The notes under the pieces are model-generated. The model was given only the letters and a program-made list of their open reading frames with translations. It was not told the DNA's origin and searched no databases. A stretch of DNA of 64,000 nucleotides, taken from contig JAUSES010000029.1 in assembly GCA_030649835.1 (NCBI GenBank), positions 4,130 through 68,129 on the forward strand, read 5' to 3'. Source of the DNA: a bacterium (GTDB lineage Bacteria > Patescibacteriota > Minisyncoccia > Phycocordibacterales > UBA1550). A program made the position numbers and the translations under genes. Numbering within the stretch: the stretch's first letter is position 1; each line of letters starts with the position of its first letter. Below are positions 30,890 to 39,292 of the stretch, in pieces.

Positions 30890-31933
30890 TTAATTAATCT
30901 CAATATCAATATGTCTCACCGCGGGGATTTCTTTTTTAATTCTTTCTTCTATTTTATCAATACGTTTCCCAATAACCCGTGGCACGCGATCAGTATAGTC
31001 CACGACATACTTGAGAAAATCCTGATAATCCCCTCTTATGGTTTCATAATCTTCCTTAAGCATTCCGCCGTTTGAAAGTTCGCGGAAAAGCGCTGTGCCA
31101 TTCACCTCCACTTCACACTTTGCGCGATATTTCCCAAGCTCTACCACAGATGATTTGAAATCATGTACGCGCTCAATCATGGGGTCCGCAACAAGTATTT
31201 CGATAATTCGCTCCTGCACTTCCTCGGGGATAGACTTTTCCACAAGGAAGCGCTTGTTTTTCATAATCAAAACAACCGCAACCCATGCCAAGAGGACACC
31301 GATGATAATGGAACCACCGGCATCCCACATTGGATTACCCGTAATGTATGAAAGCCAAATAGAAACCATTGCGACAGAAACACCAAAGACTGCGACTCCA
31401 TCTTCATACACCACGGCAAGCACTGTCGGATCACCATCCTGAAATGTCTCCGAAAACGTTGCGTCCTCCCCTCTCGCTTTCCACAACTCACGAAAAGCAA
31501 CAGAGAAAGTAATCATCTCCACCACAAAAGAAACTCCTAATATTATAAATATTTCGGGCTTGAAAAAAATTTCCTCTGGATGAAGCAGTGTGCTGATGCC
31601 GTGATAGACAGTAACTCCAGCACCAACAAAAAATACTCCACAGGCGGAAATTAACGCCCAAAAGAAACGCTCGAGCCCATATCCATATGAAGAATCTTCG
31701 TCGGGTGCGCGGCGACTTTTCACAATTCCCACAAGCAAAAGAGTTTGGTTTGCAGTGTCAGCGAGGCTGTGCACTGCCTCAGAAAAAAGTGAACTTGAAC
31801 CAGAAACAGCAAACCCGATAGCCTTCAAAATAGTAATAACAAAATTACCTAGCAATGCAAATATTACAGAAATAAATCCGTGCTCTTGCATGTAAGGACG
31901 AGCACCTCTATTTAGTTTTTCATTAATATTCAT
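30890..31933 (-). CDS. Cation diffusion facilitator (ZnT9-like) transporter
   Basis: SEAVHSLAD, YGYGLERF, VYED motifs; start codon uncertain. Confidence 0.9.
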   Translation of the reverse strand: MNINEKLNRGARPYMQEHGFISVIFALLGNFVITILKAIGFAVSGSSSLFSEAVHSLADTANQTLLLVGIVKSRRAPDEDSSYGYGLERFFWALISACGVFFVGAGVTVYHGISTLLHPEEIFFKPEIFIILGVSFVVEMITFSVAFRELWKARGEDATFSETFQDGDPTVLAVVYEDGVAVFGVSVAMVSIWLSYITGNPMWDAGGSIIIGVLLAWVAVVLIMKNKRFLVEKSIPEEVQERIIEILVADPMIERVHDFKSSVVELGKYRAKCEVEVNGTALFRELSNGGMLKEDYETIRGDYQDFLKYVVDYTDRVPRVIGKRIDKIEERIKKEIPAVRHIDIEIN

Positions 31934-31976
31934 AGTTTTTACCAAAATCTGGTAAAACATCAATACAAAATTCTAG

Positions 31977-32178
31977 TCGGGGTGCCGTGCCCAAGGCATG
32001 AATCAGCTGATTCAGAATCGAACTCGGCCTAATCTAAATTTCTTATGGAAATTTCCGCGGAAGTGTTTGGACACTTCCGGTTAAAGCTTTAGTCGGGGTG
32101 CCGAGGAATCCCCGCCTGCCATCGCCTGACTGATCCTTACGAAGCGATTGGCAGTGGCGGGCAGGGAACTCGGCCTAT
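31977..32178 (-). pseudogene. Two displaced 3' halves of tRNA-Pro, each carrying a secondary insertion
   Basis: AGGCCGAGTTCGATTCTCGGCACCCCGA-like segments at 31977-32031 and 32093-32178. Confidence 0.85.
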
Positions 32179-32314
32179 ATTCTAGTGAGTGAGCGAAAAG
32201 TAAATACCAATTTACTTTTCCGAGCGAACGACGAATATATTGTACCCAGTTATATCTAAATTTCTAAAGGAAATTTCCGCGAAAGCATCTATATGCTTTC
32301 GGTTAAAGAATGTG

Positions 32315-32385
32315 TCGGGGTGCCGAGAATCGAACTCGGCCTATCTGCTCCCAAAGCAGACGTACTACCGATATACTACACCCCG
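32315..32385 (-). tRNA. tRNA-Pro(TGG), intact inner copy
   Basis: CGGGGTGTAGTATATCGGTAGTACG-TCTGC TT TGG GA GCAGA-TAGGCCGAGTTCGATTCTCGGCACCCCGA. Confidence 0.95.
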
Positions 32386-32399
32386 ACACATTCTTCAAC

Positions 32400-32562
32400 C
32401 CCACGCAGACGTACTACCGATATACTACACCCCGACTAAAGCTTCAACCCCAAAGCAGACGTACTACCGATATATAACTGCATACAATATATCCTGCGTT
32501 CGCTCGAAAATACAAACTCCATGTTTGTATTTTACTCACTCACTTGGATATACTACACCCCG
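32400..32562 (-). pseudogene. Two displaced 5' halves of tRNA-Pro
   Basis: CGGGGTGTAGTATATCGGTAGTACGTCTGC at 32400-32434, and interrupted at 32449-32562. Confidence 0.85.
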
Positions 32563-32647
32563 TTACACGTGAAACGTAGGAGAATATTAGCACACAAGAG
32601 GCAAATTACGAAATTTGAACACTTGGAACCAGAACATGGGGTAGGTT

Positions 32648-33070
32648 TTACAAAACAAAATTTTCCAAAAACTTTACTTTCGCTGTGCGATTTTTGACAT
32701 CTATCTGCACAGTTATCGCATCAAATACCCACTCAATCTGGTCTTCTGGTCGTCTTTCATACAAATAAACCTGTGTCGTTCGCCTTAAACGCTTTAATTT
32801 ATAAGGGTGCAGATTGTCTTCTGCCCTATATTTATCCGTCCTACTGGAAATACATAGGTCCGACCTATGTGAAGTAGGTATGTTTTCACGTGTAACGCTT
32901 TTTACCTCAATAAAATGCAAAATTTTGCCTTTTTTAGCAATAATATCTATTTCCCCGCATTTTCTGAGAAAATTCTGCTCAATTATTGAAAAACCCTTAT
33001 TTTCTAAGTATTTTTGAGCAATATCCTCTCCTAAACGCCCAATTTTCTGCTTTTCCGTCTTTTCAGCCAT
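32648..33070 (-). CDS. YraN/UPF0102 family endonuclease-like protein
   Basis: GRLGEDIA..YL...G, GEIDII, FIEVKS. Confidence 0.9.
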   Translation of the reverse strand: MAEKTEKQKIGRLGEDIAQKYLENKGFSIIEQNFLRKCGEIDIIAKKGKILHFIEVKSVTRENIPTSHRSDLCISSRTDKYRAEDNLHPYKLKRLRRTTQVYLYERRPEDQIEWVFDAITVQIDVKNRTAKVKFLENFVL

Positions 33071-33333
33071 TAAATATAGTGTAGCATCTTGAGCGTTTCC
33101 CGTGAAGCACGCATTTTACGCTTTTTTGATCCGCCAAGCCCCGTCCTTGGCAAGATTGCCAGGGACGGGGCTTGGCGGATTGCTGGCGTTTCCCGTGAAA
33201 CATCCAATTTTAGGACAATTTTAGAGATCAAAATAGACTATTTCACATGAAACCTATATTTATCAAGGTTTTATGGAAAAATATGGGTATTTTAGCACGT
33301 TTTAGGATCTAAAAAGACCGATTTTAATGTCCT

Positions 33334-33363
33334 TTATCAACAGTATCCACATGGTTATCCACA
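33334..33363 (+). promoter_or_regulatory. Three tandem DnaA boxes
   Basis: TTATCAACA 33334, GTATCCACA 33343, perfect TTATCCACA 33355. Confidence 0.65.
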
Positions 33364-33501
33364 GTTTTGGGTCATTTTCCCCATATTTTCCGCCTCAAAC
33401 CGTTGACATGGTGTGTCGGCGTGGTGATTTTGAGAGCAAATGTCCTTTAAAAAATGTGCGAATTTGTATTAAATTGTACTCCTGTGTTATACTTTATACG
33501 T

Positions 33502-34191
33502 ATGCGTACAGACAAAGAGAAGGCGACACAGCTTCGTAGGTTTGGTAAAAGCTATCAGGAAATCGCAGGCGAGCTAGGAATCCCTAAAAGCACTTTATCA
33601 GCGTGGTTTGGCGCCTCTTTGTGGTCACAGAAAATAAAAGATGATCTGAATGTTGTTACACATAGAAAGCACACGATCCGCATAGAAGAGCTCAACAAGG
33701 TGCGTGGGGAACATCTTAGGAATCTTTATATTCAAGCACGACATGAGGCACTTGAGGATTTTGAAATTCTAAAATACCATCCAGCTTTTATTTCAGGTGT
33801 TATGCTCTATTGGGGCGAAGGGGACAAGGCTTCCCTTCACCGCGTATCGCTAACCAACACCGATCCAGCAATGATAAGAATATTCATGGGGTTCCTTAAA
33901 GATGTGTGTGGAGTTGAGGAAAAGAGAATTAAGGCCTGGCTCCTTTTATATCCAGATCTTCAAGAATCTGAGTGCAAAAAATATTGGAAAGAGGAGGCAC
34001 ATTTACAAAATGTAATCTTCAATAAAAGCATGGTAATAGACGGGAGGCATAAAACAAAACGTCTAGGGCATGGTGTTTGCACTGTTGGTGTTTCTAGTAG
34101 ATATTTTAAAGAAAAAATGTTATTGTGGATTTCGTTGTTCCCTGATATGCTTGCAAACAGGGAACTATATGGGAAAGATGCGGATATATGA
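33502..34191 (+). CDS. HTH plus LAGLIDADG-like domain protein, tRNA-adjacent
   Basis: GKSYQEIAGELGIPKSTLSAW HTH; GVMLYWGEGDK..VSLTNTDP LAGLIDADG-like helix. Confidence 0.7.
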   Translation: MRTDKEKATQLRRFGKSYQEIAGELGIPKSTLSAWFGASLWSQKIKDDLNVVTHRKHTIRIEELNKVRGEHLRNLYIQARHEALEDFEILKYHPAFISGVMLYWGEGDKASLHRVSLTNTDPAMIRIFMGFLKDVCGVEEKRIKAWLLLYPDLQESECKKYWKEEAHLQNVIFNKSMVIDGRHKTKRLGHGVCTVGVSSRYFKEKMLLWISLFPDMLANRELYGKDADI

Positions 34192-34256
34192 GTACATATA
34201 TCCGCGACATTCGTGAAAAGTGAATATTATGGGTATACTCACTTTGTCACTCATTT

Positions 34257-34327
34257 GCGGATATAATTTAGTGGTAGAATTCCTCGTTGCCAACGAGAGA
34301 GTGGGAGTTCGATTCTCCCTATCCGCA
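34257..34327 (+). tRNA. tRNA-Gly(GCC)
   Basis: GCGGATATAATTTAGTGGTAGAAT-CTCG TT GCC AA CGAG-...GTTCGATTCTCCCTATCCGCA. Confidence 0.93.
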
Positions 34328-34525
34328 CAATTAAAATTGCCCCGAAAGGGGCTTTTTAATTGTGCGGATAGAGCAAGCCTCCTGCTTGGCTTGCGTGGAG
34401 AATCGAAAGCCGGAATATATTTTTGTAATCAAAAATAATGAGGTGGGGTCGAGGGTACTTAGATTTTTGTGAGTAATGCGATACAAAAAGCTTAGTAACC
34501 CGTGACCGAAAGCCCTATCCGCACA
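34328..34525 (+). repeat. tRNA-3'-associated fold-back element (Gly-GCC copy)
   Basis: Hairpin, inverted TGTGCGGATAG..GGAGAATCGAA, core, then direct copy CCCTATCCGCAC at about 34513. Confidence 0.75.
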
Positions 34526-34579
34526 ATAAATATAAAATAGTCAGCCTCTCTTGAGAGGCTGACTATTTTATATTTATTG

Positions 34580-34651
34580 TGCCCACGCCAGGATTCGAAC
34601 CTGGAATAACGGTTTCGAAGACCGTTGTGATATCCATTTCACTACGAGGGC
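34580..34651 (-). tRNA. tRNA-Arg(TCG)
   Basis: GCCCTCGTAGTGAAATGGATATCAC-ACGGT CT TCG AA ACCGT-...GGTTCGAATCC...GGGCA. Confidence 0.93.
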
Positions 34652-34720
34652 GTACGAAGACTGTACCGCAAAAGTAGTCAAAAGGCAAAAAAAACGGTAT
34701 GCTTTCAATACTTATTAAAT

Positions 34721-36190
34721 ATGGAAATCAACTATCCAATTCCAAAAGAAGTTTCACGTGTAACAGAAACATTGCGAAACGCAGGTTTTGAGGCGTATTT
34801 GGTGGGTGGATGTGTGCGTGACATATTGCAGGGGATTAAGCCAAAGGATTGGGATGCCACAACAAACGCAACTCCCGAGCAAATCCAGGCACTTTTTGAG
34901 AATTCTTTTTATGAAAATGACTATGGCACAGTTGGAATTGTGAATGAAACAGAGGATGAAACACTGAATGTGGTGGAAGTTACTCCTTACCGCACAGAAG
35001 GTGCCTATACCGACAAACGCCGTCCAGACAGCGTTTCGTTTCACGGGAAACTAGATGATGATCTCACAAGACGGGACTTTACTATCAACGCCATTGCATT
35101 TGATGATTCTAAAGGACATCTAAAGGACATTAGCAACGGACTAAAGGACATTAAGGACAAAGTCTTAAGGACAGTGGGAAACCCTGAGGAACGTTTCAAT
35201 GAAGACGCTCTCCGCGTACTTCGTGCAGTACGTCTTGCCACAGATCTTGGTTTCACGATTGAGTCAGAAACACAAAATGCCATTGTTAAGAAAGCGGGGG
35301 ATTTGAAGCATATTTCTATGGAGCGTATTCGTGATGAATTTTCCAAGATGATTATGACAAAGAATCCTATGGTCGGCATTGTGATATGCCAGAAGCTTGG
35401 GCTACTCAAATACATTGCGCCTGATCTTGAGCGGGGGATTGGGGTAGAACAAAACGGCGACCATATTTACACCGTGTGGGAGCACAACCTTCGCGCCCTT
35501 CAGCATGCAGCCGACCGCGACTGGCCACTTCACGTGCGCCTCGGTGCGCTCTTTCATGATGTTTCAAAACCAGAGACTCGCAGATGGTCAGATGAAAAAA
35601 ATAACTGGACATTTTATGGACACGATGTGGTGGGTGGGCGTGTTACAGAAAAAGCTCTTGAGCGTTTGAAATATCCTAAAAAAATTGTGGAGGTAGTTAC
35701 ACTCCTCGTAAGGCACCATTTGTTTTTCTCCGACATAGAAAAGATTACGCTTTCTGCCGCACGTCGCATTGTAAAAAATGTTGGCCCCGACAACGTATGG
35801 GACTTGATGAAGGTGCGCGCCTGCGACCGTATCGGCATGGGTCGCCCAAAAGAAGCGCCGTATCGTTTGCGTAAGTATGAATCAATGATTGAAGAGGCGA
35901 TGCGCGCTCCGGTATCTGTAGGAATGCTCAAGATTGACGGTGTAAAAATTATGGAAGTTACTCGTGAAACACCTGGACCAAAACTTGGATTCATCCTCCA
36001 CGCACTCCTCGAGGAAGTTCTCGACGACCCAGAGCGCAACACTGAAGAGTACCTCGTGAAACGCACTCTCGACCTCGCAAAGCTCCCCATTGATGAACTA
36101 AAAAAACTCGGCGAAGAAGGGAAGGGGAAAAAGGATGAGGCCGAACAAGGAGAACTCGCGGTAATCCGAAAGCGACACGGGGTAAATTAA
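34721..36190 (+). CDS. cca: CCA tRNA nucleotidyltransferase with HD domain
   Basis: LVGGCVRD, DWDATT, RRDFTINA, EDALRVLR, ERIRDE, FHDVSK. Confidence 0.9.
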   Translation: MEINYPIPKEVSRVTETLRNAGFEAYLVGGCVRDILQGIKPKDWDATTNATPEQIQALFENSFYENDYGTVGIVNETEDETLNVVEVTPYRTEGAYTDKRRPDSVSFHGKLDDDLTRRDFTINAIAFDDSKGHLKDISNGLKDIKDKVLRTVGNPEERFNEDALRVLRAVRLATDLGFTIESETQNAIVKKAGDLKHISMERIRDEFSKMIMTKNPMVGIVICQKLGLLKYIAPDLERGIGVEQNGDHIYTVWEHNLRALQHAADRDWPLHVRLGALFHDVSKPETRRWSDEKNNWTFYGHDVVGGRVTEKALERLKYPKKIVEVVTLLVRHHLFFSDIEKITLSAARRIVKNVGPDNVWDLMKVRACDRIGMGRPKEAPYRLRKYESMIEEAMRAPVSVGMLKIDGVKIMEVTRETPGPKLGFILHALLEEVLDDPERNTEEYLVKRTLDLAKLPIDELKKLGEEGKGKKDEAEQGELAVIRKRHGVN

Positions 36191-36226
36191 AAAATCCAAG
36201 GATGAACCTTGGATTTTAAATTTTGA

Positions 36227-36556
36227 TTACTCCGACACCATCTTTTTAGGTTCATATTTCACAACGGGCAAATGCGCGTTTTCAGGTCGTCTAAAAAACT
36301 CTGGAAAGCGTTCGTCTTTAAATCCGTGAACGGCAAAATACCGATTGGTTCCTGTCATCCACACTAGGTGAATATAATGTTTAGGTGTTGCATTTTCACT
36401 ACCATAGAAAGGGTCAGGGCCAGTCTCACAATTTCCTAAGGTTTGATAAGAACCAAGCGGCAAGTCCCATGAGCGAAGCTCCTTTCGCTCCTTAAAGCCA
36501 ACATCCCTTTCTCTATTCATCTTTTCTGCTTGTTCTTTTCCCGTCAACAAAATCAT
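36227..36556 (-). CDS. Hypothetical protein (array gene 3)
   Basis: 109-aa ORF with AAGGAG SD in the repeated leader. Confidence 0.65.
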   Translation of the reverse strand: MILLTGKEQAEKMNRERDVGFKERKELRSWDLPLGSYQTLGNCETGPDPFYGSENATPKHYIHLVWMTGTNRYFAVHGFKDERFPEFFRRPENAHLPVVKYEPKKMVSE

Positions 36557-36561
36557 TATAA

Positions 36562-36617
36562 TCTCCTTCTCGATACCGTCGAGAATGTCGGTTGGGCGGT
36601 TGCCCGCTTCAATGAAC
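36562..36617 (-). promoter_or_regulatory. Repeated two-hairpin leader, copy 3
   Basis: GTTCATTGAAGC-GGGC AACC GCCC-AAC..TTCTCGA CGGTA TCGAGAA-GGAG. Confidence 0.7.
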
Positions 36618-36620
36618 GGC

Positions 36621-37004
36621 CTAATGTCCCCGGAAGAACATTACTGCTAGTTTTTCGTATTCCGGATCTTCGGGGTAAATTACTTTAATCGAATAAGCTC
36701 CGGGAGAACTGGTAACTGAACCATAAGCATCATCGGAAGCGGAATGCATTCTTACGGAGTGACCATCTCGCTCGGCCACAACCGTGTAAACTCGCCCGCC
36801 CGCTTCTGTGAGACAAGTGTAACCCCTCCCTACAGTTTTGCATTTCTTTACTATCAGCTTGAACGATTCTGGGGCCGCCATCGCTTCTGAACGATTTTTT
36901 TGAGAGATCGACTCGCTCGCTGCCGAAATTATCACAAAAAATAAGAGGAACAAGAGAATAAGCACGAACACCACTCCAACGGATCCTTTTTGTTTACTAA
37001 TCAT
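36621..37004 (-). CDS. Hypothetical protein with N-terminal TM (array gene 2)
   Basis: MISKQKGSVGVVFVLILL..., a pilin-like K-G-hydrophobic N-terminus. Confidence 0.65.
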   Translation of the reverse strand: MISKQKGSVGVVFVLILLFLLFFVIISAASESISQKNRSEAMAAPESFKLIVKKCKTVGRGYTCLTEAGGRVYTVVAERDGHSVRMHSASDDAYGSVTSSPGAYSIKVIYPEDPEYEKLAVMFFRGH

Positions 37005-37010
37005 TTTGAC

Positions 37011-37058
37011 ACTCCTCAACCCAGGAACACGCCTGGAATCGTTGGGCGACTACCCGTT
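37011..37058 (-). promoter_or_regulatory. Repeated two-hairpin leader, copy 2
   Basis: CGGGTAGTCGCCCAACGATTCCAGGCGTGTTCCTGGGTTGAGGAG. Confidence 0.8.
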
Positions 37059-37059
37059 G

Positions 37060-37650
37060 TTACTGTTTGCACGCACAACCTTCATATTCTTGACGAATTC
37101 TCGTTACTAAGAAACAACAAGGGAGAAAAATTACGAGCCATATCAAGCCAACAATTATTCCTCTCTCGTGGGATCCTGGATTGCTATCACTTGGCAGAAA
37201 CATGGAAAGAAAAATTGCCATAGCGAATGTAAGTACGACCAGGATTACTCTTGTCATTTTTCTACTCGAAAAATAATACTGATCAACAATCTTACTTGGG
37301 TATTTATCCCTTTTTTTCACTTCGTCTTCACTGTTTGCTGGCACCATCCACCCAGAGTGAAATCCTTCAGTAGTACTACCGCTAGGCGTATCCGCTCTAA
37401 CGACTACATGTTGTCCGAGCCCAAGCGGGTCTACTCTTTCTCTATTCCACAGATCTCCTGGATTAACGTCGAATGTTTTTATTACTTCAATGCGTGCTGA
37501 ACCAAATTTCAATAAATTCTCATTTTGATTCATATACTTCTTTGAGCCGCTCCATTTCCGAAAAACAACTATGTCCCCTTTATTGAATTGATAACCAATT
37601 AGGAGCTTGTCGCAAAAAAGCAACATAAACCAACGCATCAACTGTTCCAT
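37060..37650 (-). CDS. Hypothetical membrane protein (array gene 1)
   Basis: ORF from MEQLMRW with 2 C-terminal TM helices. Confidence 0.65.
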   Translation of the reverse strand: MEQLMRWFMLLFCDKLLIGYQFNKGDIVVFRKWSGSKKYMNQNENLLKFGSARIEVIKTFDVNPGDLWNRERVDPLGLGQHVVVRADTPSGSTTEGFHSGWMVPANSEDEVKKRDKYPSKIVDQYYFSSRKMTRVILVVLTFAMAIFLSMFLPSDSNPGSHERGIIVGLIWLVIFLPCCFLVTRIRQEYEGCACKQ

Positions 37651-37655
37651 TTTAT

Positions 37656-37712
37656 TCTCCTCAATCCAGGAACGCGCCTGGAATCGTTGGGCGACTGCCC
37701 GTTTCAATGAAC
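37656..37712 (-). promoter_or_regulatory. Repeated two-hairpin leader, copy 1
   Basis: GTTCATTGAAACGGGCAGTCGCCCAACGATTCCAGGCGCGTTCCTGGATTGAGGAG. Confidence 0.8.
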
Positions 37713-37879
37713 TTCCTATTAGGAGTATAGACTATTGCCATAAATAATGTTGAAATAATAATATTTTTGACGAATTGTCCGTACTTAATGCTACTAAACC
37801 TTATAAAATAAGAATATTATAATTGTTCTTTAACAATGAAACAATTGACATAAATGTTGTCATTTTGTATTATTTAAAC

Positions 37880-38641
37880 ATGAAAACACTTACACACAAG
37901 CTTGAGCGACTCGGGCTATCAGAAAAAGAATCAGCAACCTATTTAACGCTCTTGGAGGCGGCCTTTGGCTTGTCTATCGCCATAATTTCTAAAAAAACCT
38001 CTATAAAAAGAAGTACGGTATATCTCACCCTAGAGTCCCTCAAAAAACGTGGTCTCGTCAGCATGACAAAAAATCGTAACCGTCATGTGTATGTAGCCGA
38101 AGACCCAAGAATCTTTGACCAAAAAATAAAAGAGCAGGGGGTATACCTTCAAGAAATTCTCCCTGAACTTCTTTCTATAACGAATGTCCTTGCGAGAAAA
38201 CCACAAATTAGATTTTTTGAAGGTATTGAAGGTATCAAGGAAGTCTATAGAGATACGCTGCAACAACCAAAGGGGAGCGAGATACTCGCGTGGGCAACGG
38301 ATGACTTTGACGAGAAGTTTGACCCATTGTGGTTGACAGAGAAATATGTACCGTCACGAGTCGGCGCAAAAATACATTCTCGCGTCTTGGCGCCAAATAC
38401 GTCATATCTTAAAGACTTAGCGGGAGATAATGTTGCCGCACTTCGCAAAATTAGATTACTGCCACCTGAAGAAGCTACCTTTACAGTGGAAGTAAATCTA
38501 TACAATAAAAGGAAGGTCGCACTGGTTGCACCCAGCGAACAATTCGGTATCATCATTGAAAGCCAATCGGTATTTGAAACACTGAAAGCGATATTTGAAA
38601 ATGCGTGGAAAAATTCAAGTGACTCAAAGATTTTAAACTAG
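37880..38641 (+). CDS. TrmB-family transcriptional regulator
   Basis: LGLSEKESATYLTLLE, IKRSTVY..LESL..RGLV, FFEGIEGIKEVY. Confidence 0.88.
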   Translation: MKTLTHKLERLGLSEKESATYLTLLEAAFGLSIAIISKKTSIKRSTVYLTLESLKKRGLVSMTKNRNRHVYVAEDPRIFDQKIKEQGVYLQEILPELLSITNVLARKPQIRFFEGIEGIKEVYRDTLQQPKGSEILAWATDDFDEKFDPLWLTEKYVPSRVGAKIHSRVLAPNTSYLKDLAGDNVAALRKIRLLPPEEATFTVEVNLYNKRKVALVAPSEQFGIIIESQSVFETLKAIFENAWKNSSDSKILN

Positions 38642-38656
38642 CACATTCAACTAATA

Positions 38657-38778
38657 CTACTTAATCTCTAGCGTGATCGGGCAGTGGTCCGAACCATAGA
38701 AATCGCTCATGATTGATGCCTGTTTCACGCGGGGGAGGAGGTCGGGGGAAATGAAAAAGTAGTCAATGCGCCAGCCGA
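38657..38778 (-). pseudogene. Duplicated 3' end of xth
   Basis: Translates GWRIDYFFISPDLLPRVKQASIMSDFYGSDHCPITLEIK*, homologous to the xth C-terminus. Confidence 0.9.
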
Positions 38779-38913
38779 TAATATCTACTTTTTTTCCTAA
38801 CTATCTACTTATAAAATACTATCGTATTTTATAAGTAGATAGTTAGGGAGCATAACAATTACTTCGAAAAACTCGCTTGCAAACAAGTTAATCTTAAGAT
38901 AAACTTACGGTAT

Positions 38914-39043
38914 ATGAATCCCGTTAGAGGTCGCTCAGTTTATTAAACAGCACCTGCGGGACTTTATGATAAAAGGTTAGATTTATTTACTATGCGATAA
39001 TTAACTACGGAAATGCATGGCATTTCCTACCTCTAACGGGATG
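38914..39043 (+). mobile_element. Start-codon-associated miniature element, copy 3
   Basis: ATGAATCCCGTTAGAGG...TAACTACGGAAATGCATGGCATTTCCTACCTCTAACGGG then ATG 39041. Confidence 0.8.
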
Positions 39044-39292
39044 AAAACAGCTACCAAAAACATTGTGGGGCTCAAGGAATTGCGAGAAAATATGGACTCG
39101 TATATTTCTGGTGTTCAAAAAGGTAAGTCTTTTATTGTGGTTCGACGTTCAGAGCCAATTTTTCGCCTTTCTCCTGTTGATATTTGGGGAGACGAGGGCG
39201 TGTGGGAAACTGCTGTCGATTTCACCAAAATAAAAAAGGGAGGTGTGCCACTTGCTGATGTAATTGCTTCACTTAAGCGCCGCAATGCATAA
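39041..39292 (+). CDS. Phd/YefM-like antitoxin
   Basis: IVGLKELREN...V..G.SFIVVRRSEPIF. Confidence 0.8.
   Translation: MKTATKNIVGLKELRENMDSYISGVQKGKSFIVVRRSEPIFRLSPVDIWGDEGVWETAVDFTKIKKGGVPLADVIASLKRRNA

Larger units (their letters stand above)
32561..35971. promoter_or_regulatory. Cluster of parS-like sites
   Basis: GTT(T/A)C(A/C)CGTG(A/T)AAC-type 16-mers at 32561, 32882, 33094, 33187, 33239, 34750, 35037, 35956. Confidence 0.8.

Noticed and set aside
32340-32562. CRISPR array suggested by repeated GCAGACGTACTACCGATATA
   Set aside because: The repeats are tRNA-Pro 5' halves, separated by related rather than unique spacers.
36562-37712. Integron attC sites
   Set aside because: No RYYYAAC...GTTRRRY single imperfect palindrome; the units are two short hairpins plus SD upstream of genes, and the Xer gene shows no IntI-specific insertion that I can recognise.
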